Positions 25,224-35,436 of a stretch of DNA of 64,000 bases are shown piece after piece. Made by a program: the position numbers and the translations under genes. How positions within the stretch are numbered: position 1 is the first letter of the stretch; every line of letters begins with the position of its first letter. The stretch is from the IMG/VR virus record IMGVR_UViG_3300005683_000014; one strand, written 5' to 3'. The notes below the pieces were generated by a model. The model was not told the DNA's origin, ran no database searches, and saw only the letters and a program-made list of their open reading frames with translations. The DNA is from an uncultured virus (IMG/VR IMGVR_UViG_3300005683_000014) (taxonomy: Duplodnaviria; Heunggongvirae; Uroviricota; Caudoviricetes).

Positions 25224-26047
25224 AACGCAAAGAGTTGGATCGACAGCTCAAGGCCTTGATTGTCAACCCTCGGATGCCCACCGTCCCGTTCTTGGTGGAC
25301 ATGGACAACCGAGGAGTTTACGACATTCGTACGCCGTACCCGGACTACTCGCGATTCAATACAGAGGGTTCGGACATGCCCACGCTACCATTGAAGCAGA
25401 TCGAGGCCTGGGTGAAGTCTTATATCCAGCGAAAGCGGTGGGACTTCGCCTGGATTCTGGCCCGTCTCATGTACACGGGCTCTCTGGAGCCGGCGGACAT
25501 GAATCTATTTCAGTGGCAGGGGTTCCCTGGGGCGTCCCGACTCTGGATCTACCGCGACGGGATCCTTCTACCCACGCCAGTGGTCAGCCCGGTCCGAACT
25601 ATTCTGTCGAATTGGTTCGGTCTCTCTGGAGGTTTCGATGCCCTCAAGGGCATGCCTCTGGAGGCGTCTACGGATCAGTTCCTCGATGACTGGGTGTCTC
25701 CTAATTCACCCTTGGTGGAGCACCCTCCCGAGCAGCCGTGTGACGTGTATGAGGTGCTGGAACGTATCGCCAACTCGTTCCACGACGTGGGCTCCTACCC
25801 TCGGGTTCTTCTCGAAGACCTGCATCCGGAGGCTGTCCAGGTCCCAGAAGCCGAGGAGAGGGGAGGAGTGGTGTACGTTCGGGATACACCGCTCTATCGC
25901 GCTCGTCCTTTCAAAGCTGGTAGTGGTAAGGAAAAGCTCATTCCCTGTTCGTCACCTTGGGGGATGCGTTGGCTCTTGGGACAACGAGAACGAGTTCCTC
26001 CTCTGACGTTTCAGCAGGCCTCTCGTATTCGAGCGACTGACGACTGA
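25181..26047 (+). CDS. Hypothetical protein (start uncertain)
   Basis: Long ORF. Confidence 0.6.
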   Translation: MFAVGRRPPSPRGVERKELDRQLKALIVNPRMPTVPFLVDMDNRGVYDIRTPYPDYSRFNTEGSDMPTLPLKQIEAWVKSYIQRKRWDFAWILARLMYTGSLEPADMNLFQWQGFPGASRLWIYRDGILLPTPVVSPVRTILSNWFGLSGGFDALKGMPLEASTDQFLDDWVSPNSPLVEHPPEQPCDVYEVLERIANSFHDVGSYPRVLLEDLHPEAVQVPEAEERGGVVYVRDTPLYRARPFKAGSGKEKLIPCSSPWGMRWLLGQRERVPPLTFQQASRIRATDD

Positions 26048-26387
26048 ATAGGGCACGACCCCTAAGGAGGCGCTCCGGGGCCAAGGTGACGTTGGTTCTA
26101 TCGCCGAAGACTACTGCATCCCCCAGGACAAGAGCTTCGTTTTTCTGCTTGAACACGTAGGGATTCAGCGCTCCCAGTTTGACCTGGAAGGGAAGACGAA
26201 ACGCTTCTAAGCCTACTGTTCGGGCCAGTGTCGTTGTCATGTAGTGCAGGTTCTCTGGGGCCCATACTACATAGTGTCCTGACACGAAAGAGTTTCGCAT
26301 CCACGGCAAGATGGCGAAGTAGGCCTTTCGATTGAAGTGGGCGCCGAAGTGGCGAGTACCCTTCACATTACTGTATTTGATTCGCAT
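25938..26387 (-). CDS. Hypothetical protein, divergent from the terminase operon
   Basis: GAGG RBS, ATG at 26387; 3' end overlaps the convergent gene. Confidence 0.5.
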   Translation of the reverse strand: MRIKYSNVKGTRHFGAHFNRKAYFAILPWMRNSFVSGHYVVWAPENLHYMTTTLARTVGLEAFRLPFQVKLGALNPYVFKQKNEALVLGDAVVFGDRTNVTLAPERLLRGRALFSRQSLEYERPAETSEEELVLVVPRANASPKVTNRE

Positions 26388-26399
26388 GTTTCGCCTCTC

Positions 26400-26429
26400 T
26401 TGACTATGTACCCCATCTTGGGGTATAAA
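26400..26429 (+). promoter_or_regulatory. Sigma70-like promoter for the packaging/head operon
   Basis: TTGACT-N18-TATAAA. Confidence 0.5.
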
Positions 26430-26463
26430 GTCAAGCTCGTGCGTCTACCGCACGGAGGAAGAC

Positions 26464-26955
26464 ATGGCGAACGACGACGCATGGCATAACAATCTCCCGC
26501 GAGATATCCGACAAGCGCTGAACGTAGATCAGAGCACTCTGGGTGACTTCTCTGAAGCCGTCGAGCGGTTGGAAATTCTTTCGCGTCTTGCTACACGCAG
26601 GGCTGTCGAAGGGTTCGGCGCCGAGTCGTGGACCAAGGAAGAGGTGGTCGAGATGGGAGACACCATCGAGCCTCCGTCCAAGAAGCCGACCAAGGTCGAT
26701 GACAAGGAACTGTCTCTGCGTTTCGACGTGGCCATTCGTGCCAACAAGGAGTTGGCGAAGGTGAAATACCTGCGGCTGGATGCGCAGAAGAAGCACAAGC
26801 AGAAGGCCGCCGACGTACCTGAGAGGGCCAATATCGTGTTCGAGGTGCGTCATACTTCGCCCGAGCGCAAGATCGAGGCGCTCAAGCGTCTTCGCCGCTT
26901 CGATGAGGCACGTGCTGTGGCTAAGGAACACAACATCGCATACGAGGAAGCATGA
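26464..26955 (+). CDS. Putative terminase small subunit
   Basis: Helical protein directly upstream of TerL. Confidence 0.55.
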   Translation: MANDDAWHNNLPRDIRQALNVDQSTLGDFSEAVERLEILSRLATRRAVEGFGAESWTKEEVVEMGDTIEPPSKKPTKVDDKELSLRFDVAIRANKELAKVKYLRLDAQKKHKQKAADVPERANIVFEVRHTSPERKIEALKRLRRFDEARAVAKEHNIAYEEA

Positions 26956-28448
26956 GCGAAGGACTGGATTCCAATAAAATTCCGCATTTCGACTTCGAGG
27001 AGGAGTTTGCGGAGTTCATGATCTGGGACGGACAAGCGAAATTCTTGGAGGCCAAGAAGCGCCGCGTCGGGCTATTTACGGGAGCGGGCTATGGCAAGTC
27101 CAAGATTCTAGCGACCCGAGCCATCATGGATGGTGTGAAGCAGGATGGCTGGTGGGAAGGGGAGTTGGCCGGCGACTGGAAGGGCAACCCCCTGCGCTTG
27201 ATCATGGCGGCTCCGCACAGCCGGTATATTACGAATCGTCTGGCCCCCGCTTTCCGTGGTATGCTCTCCGCGTTCGAGACGCACATCGGGAGGCAGATTA
27301 CTGCCCCCACCGGCAAGCATAGGAACGGATGGTTCGACTCCAAGGATGAACGACGTCAAGAAATGAAAAGTGGCATCGTGTACAGCTTCTATGGCTTGCA
27401 TGACGAGGAGTCCGCCATCTCCGCCGACGTCGGGGGCGTGTACATCGACGAGGGCACCTTCTTGACGAACCAGGGGATCTGGACTCGTGCCAATCAGCGT
27501 GTGCGTGATCCTCGGGCGATAGAGTCGCACGTGTGCGTAGTGGGAACGCCCGAGAAAAGTCATTTCTTGTACGAGGTGTTCTTCGACCCCACGACCGGGG
27601 AGCCTCGCCCCGATGTCGATGCGTTCACGGACTCTGCACTCTCCAATCCGATGTTGGAGCCCGAGTTCTTCGAGGATGCGGCTCACGCCTCCCCGCTCAT
27701 GGTGGACATGCAGGTGTTCGGTAAATGGGTCAAGGGTGTGGGTGGTCAGCGATTTTCGCAATCGTTTGATGAGTCTGTCCATCTGGTCGAGATGGATATG
27801 AATCCCCGCAAGTATCCGCATCTTATGTGGCATCTGGGGCTTGATCCTGGTTGGGCATCGGGCTCGCTGGTGATGATGCGTAAGTCTCAGGTGCATGATG
27901 CTTGGATGCTATACGATGAGATCGTGATCGAGGGCATGCAACTTGAGGAAGTTCTGGCCGAGTGCAAGTCGCGCGGATACCGTCTGGGGAACATCAAGAC
28001 GTTCTCGTCCGATCCCAAGGACTCTCACAAGAGGCATTCAAATGCCTTGAGCAAGGAGTCGGTGGCGGACATTATCAAAAGAGTCATGGGGATCCGGCCT
28101 AAGTGCTATCAGATTCCCAACACCGGAGCACTGCTGACTCGTCTCGACGTGATCGCGATGCTTCTTCAAGAGAAGAAGCTGTTCATCAACAGAGCCCTGC
28201 TCCCCCGCTCCCGTAAGGTTCGTGGGATTGTGAATTCGTTGCGCAACTTCGCCTTCAAGGAAGTGAAAGACCTTGAGGGTCACTTCATTGACGAGATCAC
28301 CGTTGAGACCAAGAACGAGTGGAAACACAGCATCGATGCCGTGCATTACGTTCTGATGAATAACGAGTACGGCGCGTATCGCAAGGTTCAACTGGGTGCC
28401 AATGTACCGCAGAAAGTGAAGCACAAGCGGCTGGCTGAGGAGGAGTAA
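26952..28448 (+). CDS. terL: Terminase large subunit
   Basis: Walker A TGAGYGKS, Walker B YIDEG, VGTP, nuclease GLDPG, HSIDAVHY. Confidence 0.92.
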   Translation: MSEGLDSNKIPHFDFEEEFAEFMIWDGQAKFLEAKKRRVGLFTGAGYGKSKILATRAIMDGVKQDGWWEGELAGDWKGNPLRLIMAAPHSRYITNRLAPAFRGMLSAFETHIGRQITAPTGKHRNGWFDSKDERRQEMKSGIVYSFYGLHDEESAISADVGGVYIDEGTFLTNQGIWTRANQRVRDPRAIESHVCVVGTPEKSHFLYEVFFDPTTGEPRPDVDAFTDSALSNPMLEPEFFEDAAHASPLMVDMQVFGKWVKGVGGQRFSQSFDESVHLVEMDMNPRKYPHLMWHLGLDPGWASGSLVMMRKSQVHDAWMLYDEIVIEGMQLEEVLAECKSRGYRLGNIKTFSSDPKDSHKRHSNALSKESVADIIKRVMGIRPKCYQIPNTGALLTRLDVIAMLLQEKKLFINRALLPRSRKVRGIVNSLRNFAFKEVKDLEGHFIDEITVETKNEWKHSIDAVHYVLMNNEYGAYRKVQLGANVPQKVKHKRLAEEE

Positions 28449-28449
28449 C

Positions 28450-30360
28450 ATGGGAATCATCGATACCCTGCGCAAGGCATTCAAGATGTCTCCGCGCGTG
28501 ATCAAGTACGATCTGGAGAAGTTCCCCGAGCTTGAAGGCCTTGCCGAGGCGCGCAGAGGGCATGACTCCTACACCGAGTGGATGAGCGGGCAGTACGCGC
28601 ACGAGATGCGCCGTCGGTTCGAATACTACGAGGTAAATCAGGTTGTGCAGGACCCGGCGGTGTTGCAGGGGAAGCAGTACATCACGCCCAAGCTGTGGCG
28701 CACTGCTCATCGAGGCTCGGGGTGGGATGATATTCGAGCCATGCTTCCCGACGCGACCGAGAACACCATCGTGAAGCCGATGGTTGTCAACTTCACTCAG
28801 GTGGTTGTGGACAACACGGGTATCGTGTACTCGGTTCCTCCCAAGAAGCGTGAGGTTCTGAAGGGCGTTGTCAAGCTCGTGGAACTTCCGCTTGTCGGTC
28901 CCGAGAAGCCTCCCGAGATGGAAGTTGGTCCCGATGGCATTCCGAAGCCTAAGCCGGTGGAGCCTCCTCCTCCTGAGCCTCCGGATCAGCTCACGCGTTT
29001 GTTTGCTACGGCGTTTCAACAGATTTCGTACGATGAAGACAACCAACGCATCGAGGTCGAGGCGACGCAGATTCTGAATGACGTGTACGAGTCCGCGGAG
29101 CACGATACCAAGGCGGATCAGCTCTGCAAGTGGACGCGTTTGTTTGCTACGGCGTTTCAACAGATTTCGTACGATGAAGACAACCAGCGCATCGTCAAGA
29201 CGAACCTTCAGCCTCAGGACGTGTACGTCTGTCCGGATAAGAAGCGCCCTTGGGATCTTCAGCACCCCAACTGTTTCGTTGCGGTGCGACAGGATCTCGA
29301 TTGGGAGACCAAGTCCAGGCCTGATTCCAAGATCATCTGGCAGTGCTGGTGGGGCAAGTATTGGTGGTATGAGACCGAGGAATGTGTTCCCTTTCGGGAT
29401 CTCGATATGCTTGAAGAAGGCGTGAACGAGAATCCGTACACGGACTCTATTACCGGGCGTCCCGTCAAACCCATTCTCGTGGTTCACGACAAGATCACGG
29501 GGCACGTGCATGACGCAGGCTCGGATGCGTTGGTTCAGCAGAATCAGGTGTTCGATCGTGGCATGACTGGCGTCACACACACGCAAGAATTTCAGGGCTT
29601 CGCTATTCCCGTGTTCAGCGGCACGGACGTCGAGGAAGTTGAGGCCAACCCATATAGCGCGGCGGCGCCTGTCATCCTTCGTGACCCTCAGGCGAAGTTG
29701 TCATTCGCTCATCCTGCGGCGCCCATCGGAGAGAGTCAGGGAGCGGTTATCAAGGGTATGCGCACGGCCGCGCGCCTTCATCAGATTGATCCTGAGCTGG
29801 TGGATCCGGAGACCAAGGTGCAGTCCGGGACCTCCCGGGCGCAGGGGAGGATCGCACTGGCGGAACGTCGTATTGTCGAGTTCCCGAAGTGGGTACCTTT
29901 CGAGCGCGAGAGCTATTGGATCACCGGTATCATGTGGAACTATCACAACCCGGAAGGCAAACAGTTTCTTGTCATCGCGCGTTTCGATAACCCGAACATT
30001 CCGGAGTCGGAGAAGGTACGCATTCTGGTTCAGTTTGGGGAGCTGGCGCCTGTGACGGACCCCATGGCCGATGCCGCCACCAACAAGATGAATCTGGAGA
30101 TGAACGTCATTACCACGGCCGATATCGTGGCTTCTCAGCGGCAGATTCCCGTGGAGCGCGCTCAGGAAATCGTTGATGAGAATCGTGCGCGAAACAAGGC
30201 TGAGCGACCCCCCTCCCTTCTGGAGATGAAGAGAGCTGGTGGGCCTCCCAGACTCGGGCAGAGCGGCAATCGCCCCACTAATCCAGACCGTCCTGCCGAT
30301 AAGACTGGAGGGAACACCACCTCGGCCTCTGGCAACAATGTCATTGGGAAGGGTGAGTAA
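28450..30360 (+). CDS. Portal protein
   Basis: Follows TerL; NFTQVVVD, QSGTS and portal-like size. Confidence 0.8.
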   Translation: MGIIDTLRKAFKMSPRVIKYDLEKFPELEGLAEARRGHDSYTEWMSGQYAHEMRRRFEYYEVNQVVQDPAVLQGKQYITPKLWRTAHRGSGWDDIRAMLPDATENTIVKPMVVNFTQVVVDNTGIVYSVPPKKREVLKGVVKLVELPLVGPEKPPEMEVGPDGIPKPKPVEPPPPEPPDQLTRLFATAFQQISYDEDNQRIEVEATQILNDVYESAEHDTKADQLCKWTRLFATAFQQISYDEDNQRIVKTNLQPQDVYVCPDKKRPWDLQHPNCFVAVRQDLDWETKSRPDSKIIWQCWWGKYWWYETEECVPFRDLDMLEEGVNENPYTDSITGRPVKPILVVHDKITGHVHDAGSDALVQQNQVFDRGMTGVTHTQEFQGFAIPVFSGTDVEEVEANPYSAAAPVILRDPQAKLSFAHPAAPIGESQGAVIKGMRTAARLHQIDPELVDPETKVQSGTSRAQGRIALAERRIVEFPKWVPFERESYWITGIMWNYHNPEGKQFLVIARFDNPNIPESEKVRILVQFGELAPVTDPMADAATNKMNLEMNVITTADIVASQRQIPVERAQEIVDENRARNKAERPPSLLEMKRAGGPPRLGQSGNRPTNPDRPADKTGGNTTSASGNNVIGKGE

Positions 30361-31076
30361 TGCAGCAGATGTTTGAGGCGTTAGCACTGTCGGCTGACGC
30401 CTTCCTGGAGAAGGAGCTGGGGAGGGTCGATGATCTAACCCAGCGCATCCTCGACGAGGCTACCGCCGAGGACATTGAGAAGAACGAGATCACATGGTGG
30501 CTGTTGATTATTCATTCGATTCTCGATGACGTCATCGAGCGGATGCCTTTTGATCGTCGCCGGCAGCTCCTAGAGGAGGGGATGAAGGGTTCCGCCGAAG
30601 TCCCAGTCGAAGAAATCGTTTCCCGCTCGTATGCACGGATTGATCTTGTTGCTGCGAGCATTCGTGCGCGCGTGGCAGAAGGCAAGATCGGTGGTCTTCT
30701 TGGAGAAGACCTCATCGAAGCTATCGAACAAGCGCTAAGCAAGGGGATAGCCGATTTCATTCGGGATTTGGATACCTCCTTAACTATGTACGACCGCCTG
30801 TTCATGGCCTCCCTGGCTGAGGGGATGGACAATCATCGTTGGCAATATGCTGGGCCAAGGGATCTGAAGAATCGGCTCTTTTGTGCTGAGGTGCTGGATG
30901 CCAAGCAGGCGTACACAGACAATGGCGTGGAGGAGTTAAACAATCATCCTTCTCTGCATCCATATGTGTCACCGAACGTGAGAACGTTGTGTGGCGGGTA
31001 CGGGTGTAGGCACGTGTTCGTTCCTGTTACTCGTACGCAGGCTGAGAAGGAAGGGTTGCAATGGGATTCCAGATGA
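30360..31076 (+). CDS. Minor head/head morphogenesis protein (gpF/gp7-like)
   Basis: YAGPRD..NRLFC...GGYGCRH. Confidence 0.7.
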   Translation: MQQMFEALALSADAFLEKELGRVDDLTQRILDEATAEDIEKNEITWWLLIIHSILDDVIERMPFDRRRQLLEEGMKGSAEVPVEEIVSRSYARIDLVAASIRARVAEGKIGGLLGEDLIEAIEQALSKGIADFIRDLDTSLTMYDRLFMASLAEGMDNHRWQYAGPRDLKNRLFCAEVLDAKQAYTDNGVEELNNHPSLHPYVSPNVRTLCGGYGCRHVFVPVTRTQAEKEGLQWDSR

Positions 31077-31561
31077 CGTGGAAACAGGTTCCAGAAGCTC
31101 TTCTGGTTCGCAACGCCTATCGCCTTAGCATCGCCGTGTATATGAGAGACGCCATTCGAGAGCGTGTTTCTACTCGGGGTGAGGGAGCTAGTGGCGTTCT
31201 CAATGGGTACAGCACAAGCCCGTTGGTGGTGGAACCGGGAATCCTGAAGCCGAAACGGAAACCCGTTAGAGGTTGGTACTCATTCCATATCGGGGGATAC
31301 AAGCAGTACCGTAAGGAGCTGGGGCTGGTGTCGGATCTTTTCGTTTTCAAGAACAAGGGTGCGGCTTGGAGAGACTGGAGGTACTTCGACCTGATGGATA
31401 GCGGTCCTCTGGCTTTCGGTTTCGCTTCGGCTGCAAACTCTGAAGCCGCGGATGCTGCGGTGGATAACGGTCGCCCTGACATGTTCGAGCCCGGAGACAA
31501 GGAACTGAACACAGCAGCAGATAAACTGCTGGACATCATAGTTCAAAAAATCTATGGGTGA
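31073..31561 (+). CDS. Putative neck/tail completion protein
   Basis: IRERVSTRG...GYS...Y..YR pattern; synteny. Confidence 0.5.
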   Translation: MTWKQVPEALLVRNAYRLSIAVYMRDAIRERVSTRGEGASGVLNGYSTSPLVVEPGILKPKRKPVRGWYSFHIGGYKQYRKELGLVSDLFVFKNKGAAWRDWRYFDLMDSGPLAFGFASAANSEAADAAVDNGRPDMFEPGDKELNTAADKLLDIIVQKIYG

Positions 31562-31574
31562 AACGATTTCGTTG

Positions 31575-31604
31575 TTGACACCGAGCGAGCGCTCGGTTTA
31601 CAGT
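31575..31604 (+). promoter_or_regulatory. Sigma70-like promoter for capsid genes
   Basis: TTGACA-N18-TACAGT. Confidence 0.55.
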
Positions 31605-31689
31605 ATAGGACGTTGCTCGCGGCGTGGATGCCGGAGCCCTCATCCCGGACGCTGGCCGGGTCAATAACCAGACGTACGAGGAGACTCGC

Positions 31690-32352
31690 ATGCCCAAGAC
31701 CGCGGAAGAGATTGTGGCCGAGAAACCTGCTTCCGAGCAGGCGGCCTCTGACAAGACCAATATCAAGCCCGAAGACTTTGAGGCTCTGAAGAAAGAGAAC
31801 GAGCGCCTGCGCGGCACCGTTCAGAACTTTCAGAAGAAGGCTGAGGAGTTCGAGACCTACAAGAAGGAGCAGGAGAAGTCCAAGCTCTCTGAGTCCGACC
31901 GTGTCAAGGTCGAGGTCGAGGAGCAGCGAGGTGCTCGTGCCAAGGCGGATGCGCGTGTTTCGGAGCTGGAGGCGCAGCTCAAGACCCAGCGACTCGTGAA
32001 TGAGTTGGTGGCGGATCATGGGCTGACTAATCCGGAATTCGGTGAGGTCATCGTGAAGAAGTTCGATCCCGAGAAGGAGAGCTTCAGCGATTTCGCAAAA
32101 AGGGTGGCTGCCGACGCAAAATACGCTCCCGTGTTCGGTCGGGCCATCGGAACTACGGAAAAGGGAGCGCCTCAGCAGCGTGCTCCTGCCCCGCCGGGCC
32201 CCTCTGGCGGTGGTTCTCGCGGCAAGGCTCCGTCTAATGATGAGCAGAGTGAGAAGGATAAGGCCTGGGCCAAGAGCCGATACCCGAACGACGAGGAAAA
32301 GCAGAAGCGTCTTCTGAAAAGCCTCGAAATCCAGCGCAAGAATCGCGAGTAA
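31690..32352 (+). CDS. Capsid scaffolding protein
   Basis: Charged coiled coil KSKLSESDR, Gly/Pro linker, position before MCP. Confidence 0.75.
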   Translation: MPKTAEEIVAEKPASEQAASDKTNIKPEDFEALKKENERLRGTVQNFQKKAEEFETYKKEQEKSKLSESDRVKVEVEEQRGARAKADARVSELEAQLKTQRLVNELVADHGLTNPEFGEVIVKKFDPEKESFSDFAKRVAADAKYAPVFGRAIGTTEKGAPQQRAPAPPGPSGGGSRGKAPSNDEQSEKDKAWAKSRYPNDEEKQKRLLKSLEIQRKNRE

Positions 32353-32365
32353 GGGAGAGAAATAG

Positions 32366-32896
32366 ATGGCTGACAATAACACTGATAAGGCTCCGGCTTC
32401 GGCCAAGGAGCCCACCCTCCGCGAATCTATTGCGGAAAAGATCAAGAGTCGTAGTTCGATGCCCGTCATCTTGGACGGTCGCGCCAATCGTTTCGATTTA
32501 CGTCGCTACGGTAATCACGATTACACGGCCGGGGGCCAACTCCAGCCGCGGTTCGTGGTCAAGTCGGATGAGCGCATCCAGCAGTGCATCGCGGAGGGAT
32601 ACGATTTCCCGAAGCAGTGGGATTCGCGACTTCCGAATCTCGAAGTGTCGGGCTTGGTGTTGATGCTGCGGTCGAACGATCATGCTCACGAGGTGCGTAA
32701 CTTCCACCTGGAGACGGCGGAGCAGCTCGATCGTTCGAAGGCACCCTCGGAGCACGCGAAAACGATTGCTCGTGAGGCGCGTGAGAATGCCGAGTTCATT
32801 CATCATGGGCCCGAAAAGCCCGTCAACGTGACGGTGGGCGCTGATGCCAAGTCCCTGGCCATGGGGGGTGCCCCCCGGGTGATGGGTCCCGAGTAA
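32366..32896 (+). CDS. Head-region hypothetical protein
   Basis: GGAG RBS; synteny. Confidence 0.65.
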   Translation: MADNNTDKAPASAKEPTLRESIAEKIKSRSSMPVILDGRANRFDLRRYGNHDYTAGGQLQPRFVVKSDERIQQCIAEGYDFPKQWDSRLPNLEVSGLVLMLRSNDHAHEVRNFHLETAEQLDRSKAPSEHAKTIAREARENAEFIHHGPEKPVNVTVGADAKSLAMGGAPRVMGPE

Positions 32897-32921
32897 CAGC
32901 CAAGGCTGAAGGAGAAAAACG

Positions 32922-33401
32922 ATGGGCGATTTCGTTTGTGTTAAGAATGACCGCATCGAGCGGTACCCCCTCGCGGCGTCGCAGACGATCGCCATCGGTG
33001 ACCCCGTGGCTGTCGATGCGAATGGCTACGTTGTGCTCGCGGACGCGACCAGCACGCCGCTGCTCGGTGTCGCTGCGCGCGACTGCACCAGCTCGGCCGA
33101 GGGCGACGAGATGCTTGTCTACGATGACCCGGACGCCGAGTTCGAGTGTCAGGCGGACAACGTCGCGCAGGTGCTTCAGGCCGAGGTGGGTGATACGTGC
33201 GATCTGGTGGTCTCCAGCTCGACGTTCTACGCCAACCTGGATGCCACGGCGGTCAACGTTTTGAAGGTTCTGGCGATCGGGCAGTACATGGACCCGCTGC
33301 GCGATGGCTCGACCTACTACGGGTCGGTGCTCGCCGGGGACTGGACGCCCGGCTGGCAGAGCAAGAACAAGCTCCGGGTCAAGATCGCGCAGCACGTCTA
33401 A
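32922..33401 (+). CDS. Capsid decoration/cement protein
   Basis: IAIGDPV...GV...VYDDPDAEFECQ; directly before MCP. Confidence 0.7.
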   Translation: MGDFVCVKNDRIERYPLAASQTIAIGDPVAVDANGYVVLADATSTPLLGVAARDCTSSAEGDEMLVYDDPDAEFECQADNVAQVLQAEVGDTCDLVVSSSTFYANLDATAVNVLKVLAIGQYMDPLRDGSTYYGSVLAGDWTPGWQSKNKLRVKIAQHV

Positions 33402-33452
33402 TACGTGCAGCCGACCGCTCGCTAACCAAGAAGAGAGAGGGGGAGGAAACAA

Positions 33453-34388
33453 ATGGCTAAGGCTACTATCGAGGCATTTCTCCGAGAGATCGACGAGCGG
33501 TATCGCGCGTACTTCTTCGAGGAGTGGGATTCGCAGCTTGATCAGGCTCTTCCGCTGGTGCGGCAGACGTTTCTGTCGGGGACGGATCGGTACCGTGTGA
33601 GCGAGAGCTACCTCGGTTTCGCGACGGCTCCGCGCTCGAATGAGGGTGCGCAGTACACGTACTACACCCCGAACCAGGGCAAGGAGACGATCGTCACCAC
33701 GGACATCTATAAGTTCGGCATGAAGGCCACTGAGGAGCTTCGCGACTACGGTCGTGCGCATCAGATTGAGCTGTGGCCGCGTCTGATGGTCGAGGTGCTG
33801 AATCACACCGTGAAGGTGATGATCTTCAACATGTTCAACCGCGCGTTCTCGGGTTCGTACCCGTCCAAGTACGATGGCAAGGCGCTCATCGCGAACGACC
33901 ACCCGCTCGGCAATACCACGCTGGGCACGGCGTCGAACGTTCTCGCGACCCCGGCTGACCTCGCTGAGGCCACCGTCGAGGCGCTGATCGAGCTGCTTCG
34001 TCGTACCGTCAACGAGTCTGGTGTTCTCACCGGTTCGTTCGAGCCGTCGCTGCTCATCACGGGTGGTGGTTCGTGGGGCGATGCTGAGCGCGTGACCAAG
34101 AGCCAGTACACGCAGGCTCCGACCTCGGTTCGTGGTCCGAACACCATCAGCGCAATCACTGCGCGGTACGGTATCCAGACCATGGCGCATCCGCTCATCT
34201 CGGACAACGATGCGAGCTTCCTGCTCGACAGCCGGCGTACCCCGCTGAACGTCGTGTGGGCGCGTCTGCCTGAGCTGAAGGAGGCCTACATCGAGCAGGG
34301 CACCGATGACTGGGTCTGGCACGTGAAGATGCAGCTCGCCGTGATCGCGGATGACTGGCGCGGCATCGTGGGTACCCCGGGCGCGTAA
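33453..34388 (+). CDS. Major capsid protein (HK97 fold, Mu gpT-like)
   Basis: NEGA, YDGKALIANDHP, C-terminal DWRGIVGTPGA; highest codon bias. Confidence 0.88.
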   Translation: MAKATIEAFLREIDERYRAYFFEEWDSQLDQALPLVRQTFLSGTDRYRVSESYLGFATAPRSNEGAQYTYYTPNQGKETIVTTDIYKFGMKATEELRDYGRAHQIELWPRLMVEVLNHTVKVMIFNMFNRAFSGSYPSKYDGKALIANDHPLGNTTLGTASNVLATPADLAEATVEALIELLRRTVNESGVLTGSFEPSLLITGGGSWGDAERVTKSQYTQAPTSVRGPNTISAITARYGIQTMAHPLISDNDASFLLDSRRTPLNVVWARLPELKEAYIEQGTDDWVWHVKMQLAVIADDWRGIVGTPGA

Positions 34389-34408
34389 TCGTTCGGTTGA
34401 GGGGGATC

Positions 34409-34440
34409 GGGGACACTCCATTCGTTGGAGTGTCCCCTTG
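34409..34440 (+). terminator. Hairpin terminator after MCP
   Basis: GGGGACACTCCA/TGGAGTGTCCCC; weak U tract. Confidence 0.6.
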
Positions 34441-34455
34441 TGCTAGGAGGCTGTC

Positions 34456-35436
34456 TTGTCCACGTACAACGTACTGATCTACCAGCAAGGCGGAACGTTG
34501 TATCTGGACGAGCGCCTTGATGCACAACCTAGTGCTGCAACTGTTTCCATCACAGCTCTCGATTCTCGGGGATTGTCGTCGATGGACGGTAGTTTCCCTG
34601 ACATCTCGGATGAGGTCTGTGCATTAGACGATCTAGTGCTGACTCTCCCGGCCAAGCAGGCCCCCTGGAAGGTCGTTGTTCCCAGTGGAACTACAGGAAC
34701 GATTGGAGACATGGCAGCAGAGGGGAGGAAGTTTCTTCTGAACCGCGGCGGCCGTAAGATGTGGGTGAAGGTGTCGGAATTCGATACTTCAATGGGTGCT
34801 GTGTCAGAAGTGCGGTTCGACGAAGGAATCGATTTCGCGCTGAAGACGGGGGACACATTGAAGGGTGTGCGCGTATCGTACACCGTTGACTGGAGCGGGA
34901 ACGCCTCCACCTTCACAGGTCAGGTCAAGGCTACGTGGCGAGTCACTGTGAATGGCGTCGTGCAAGTGTTTGTCAAACTGTACGACGTGGTGAGACAGGT
35001 TCTTGAGCAGCCGGCTACGTGGGCCGATGTTCTGGATCTGCGCTCGGACGCGGACGATCAGCTTTCGCAGGTTCCGAATAAGGAACGGTTCGTCACTCAG
35101 GCGTGGCGCGACGTCGTGCGCGACCTGTACAACATGGGGATTCGACATAACCTAGTCATTCCCGATGGGAATACAGTGCTGAAGGATGTGACCGTTCTTC
35201 AGTGCATTCGCAATCTGGTTCTCTTCCAGGGACTTTCCATTCCTGATGGGTATATCGGACAGGCCGATGACTACATCGAGACTCTGGAAATGAATCGTGC
35301 GCGATATCTGGGTTCGTTGAAAATTGCTGTGGATCAGGACGAGGATGGCAATCTGACTACGGCAGAAGTCTCGGCTCCAAAGAGACAGGCGTGGTTCCGG
35401 CGCAATCGGGCGTTGGATAACGGGAGAGACGGATGA
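34456..35436 (+). CDS. Putative head-tail adaptor
   Basis: AGGAGG RBS with TTG start; synteny. Confidence 0.55.
   Translation: MSTYNVLIYQQGGTLYLDERLDAQPSAATVSITALDSRGLSSMDGSFPDISDEVCALDDLVLTLPAKQAPWKVVVPSGTTGTIGDMAAEGRKFLLNRGGRKMWVKVSEFDTSMGAVSEVRFDEGIDFALKTGDTLKGVRVSYTVDWSGNASTFTGQVKATWRVTVNGVVQVFVKLYDVVRQVLEQPATWADVLDLRSDADDQLSQVPNKERFVTQAWRDVVRDLYNMGIRHNLVIPDGNTVLKDVTVLQCIRNLVLFQGLSIPDGYIGQADDYIETLEMNRARYLGSLKIAVDQDEDGNLTTAEVSAPKRQAWFRRNRALDNGRDG

Noticed and set aside
28982..29194. DGR template/variable repeat pair
   Set aside because: No reverse transcriptase in the window, only one substitution, and both copies lie in frame within the portal gene.
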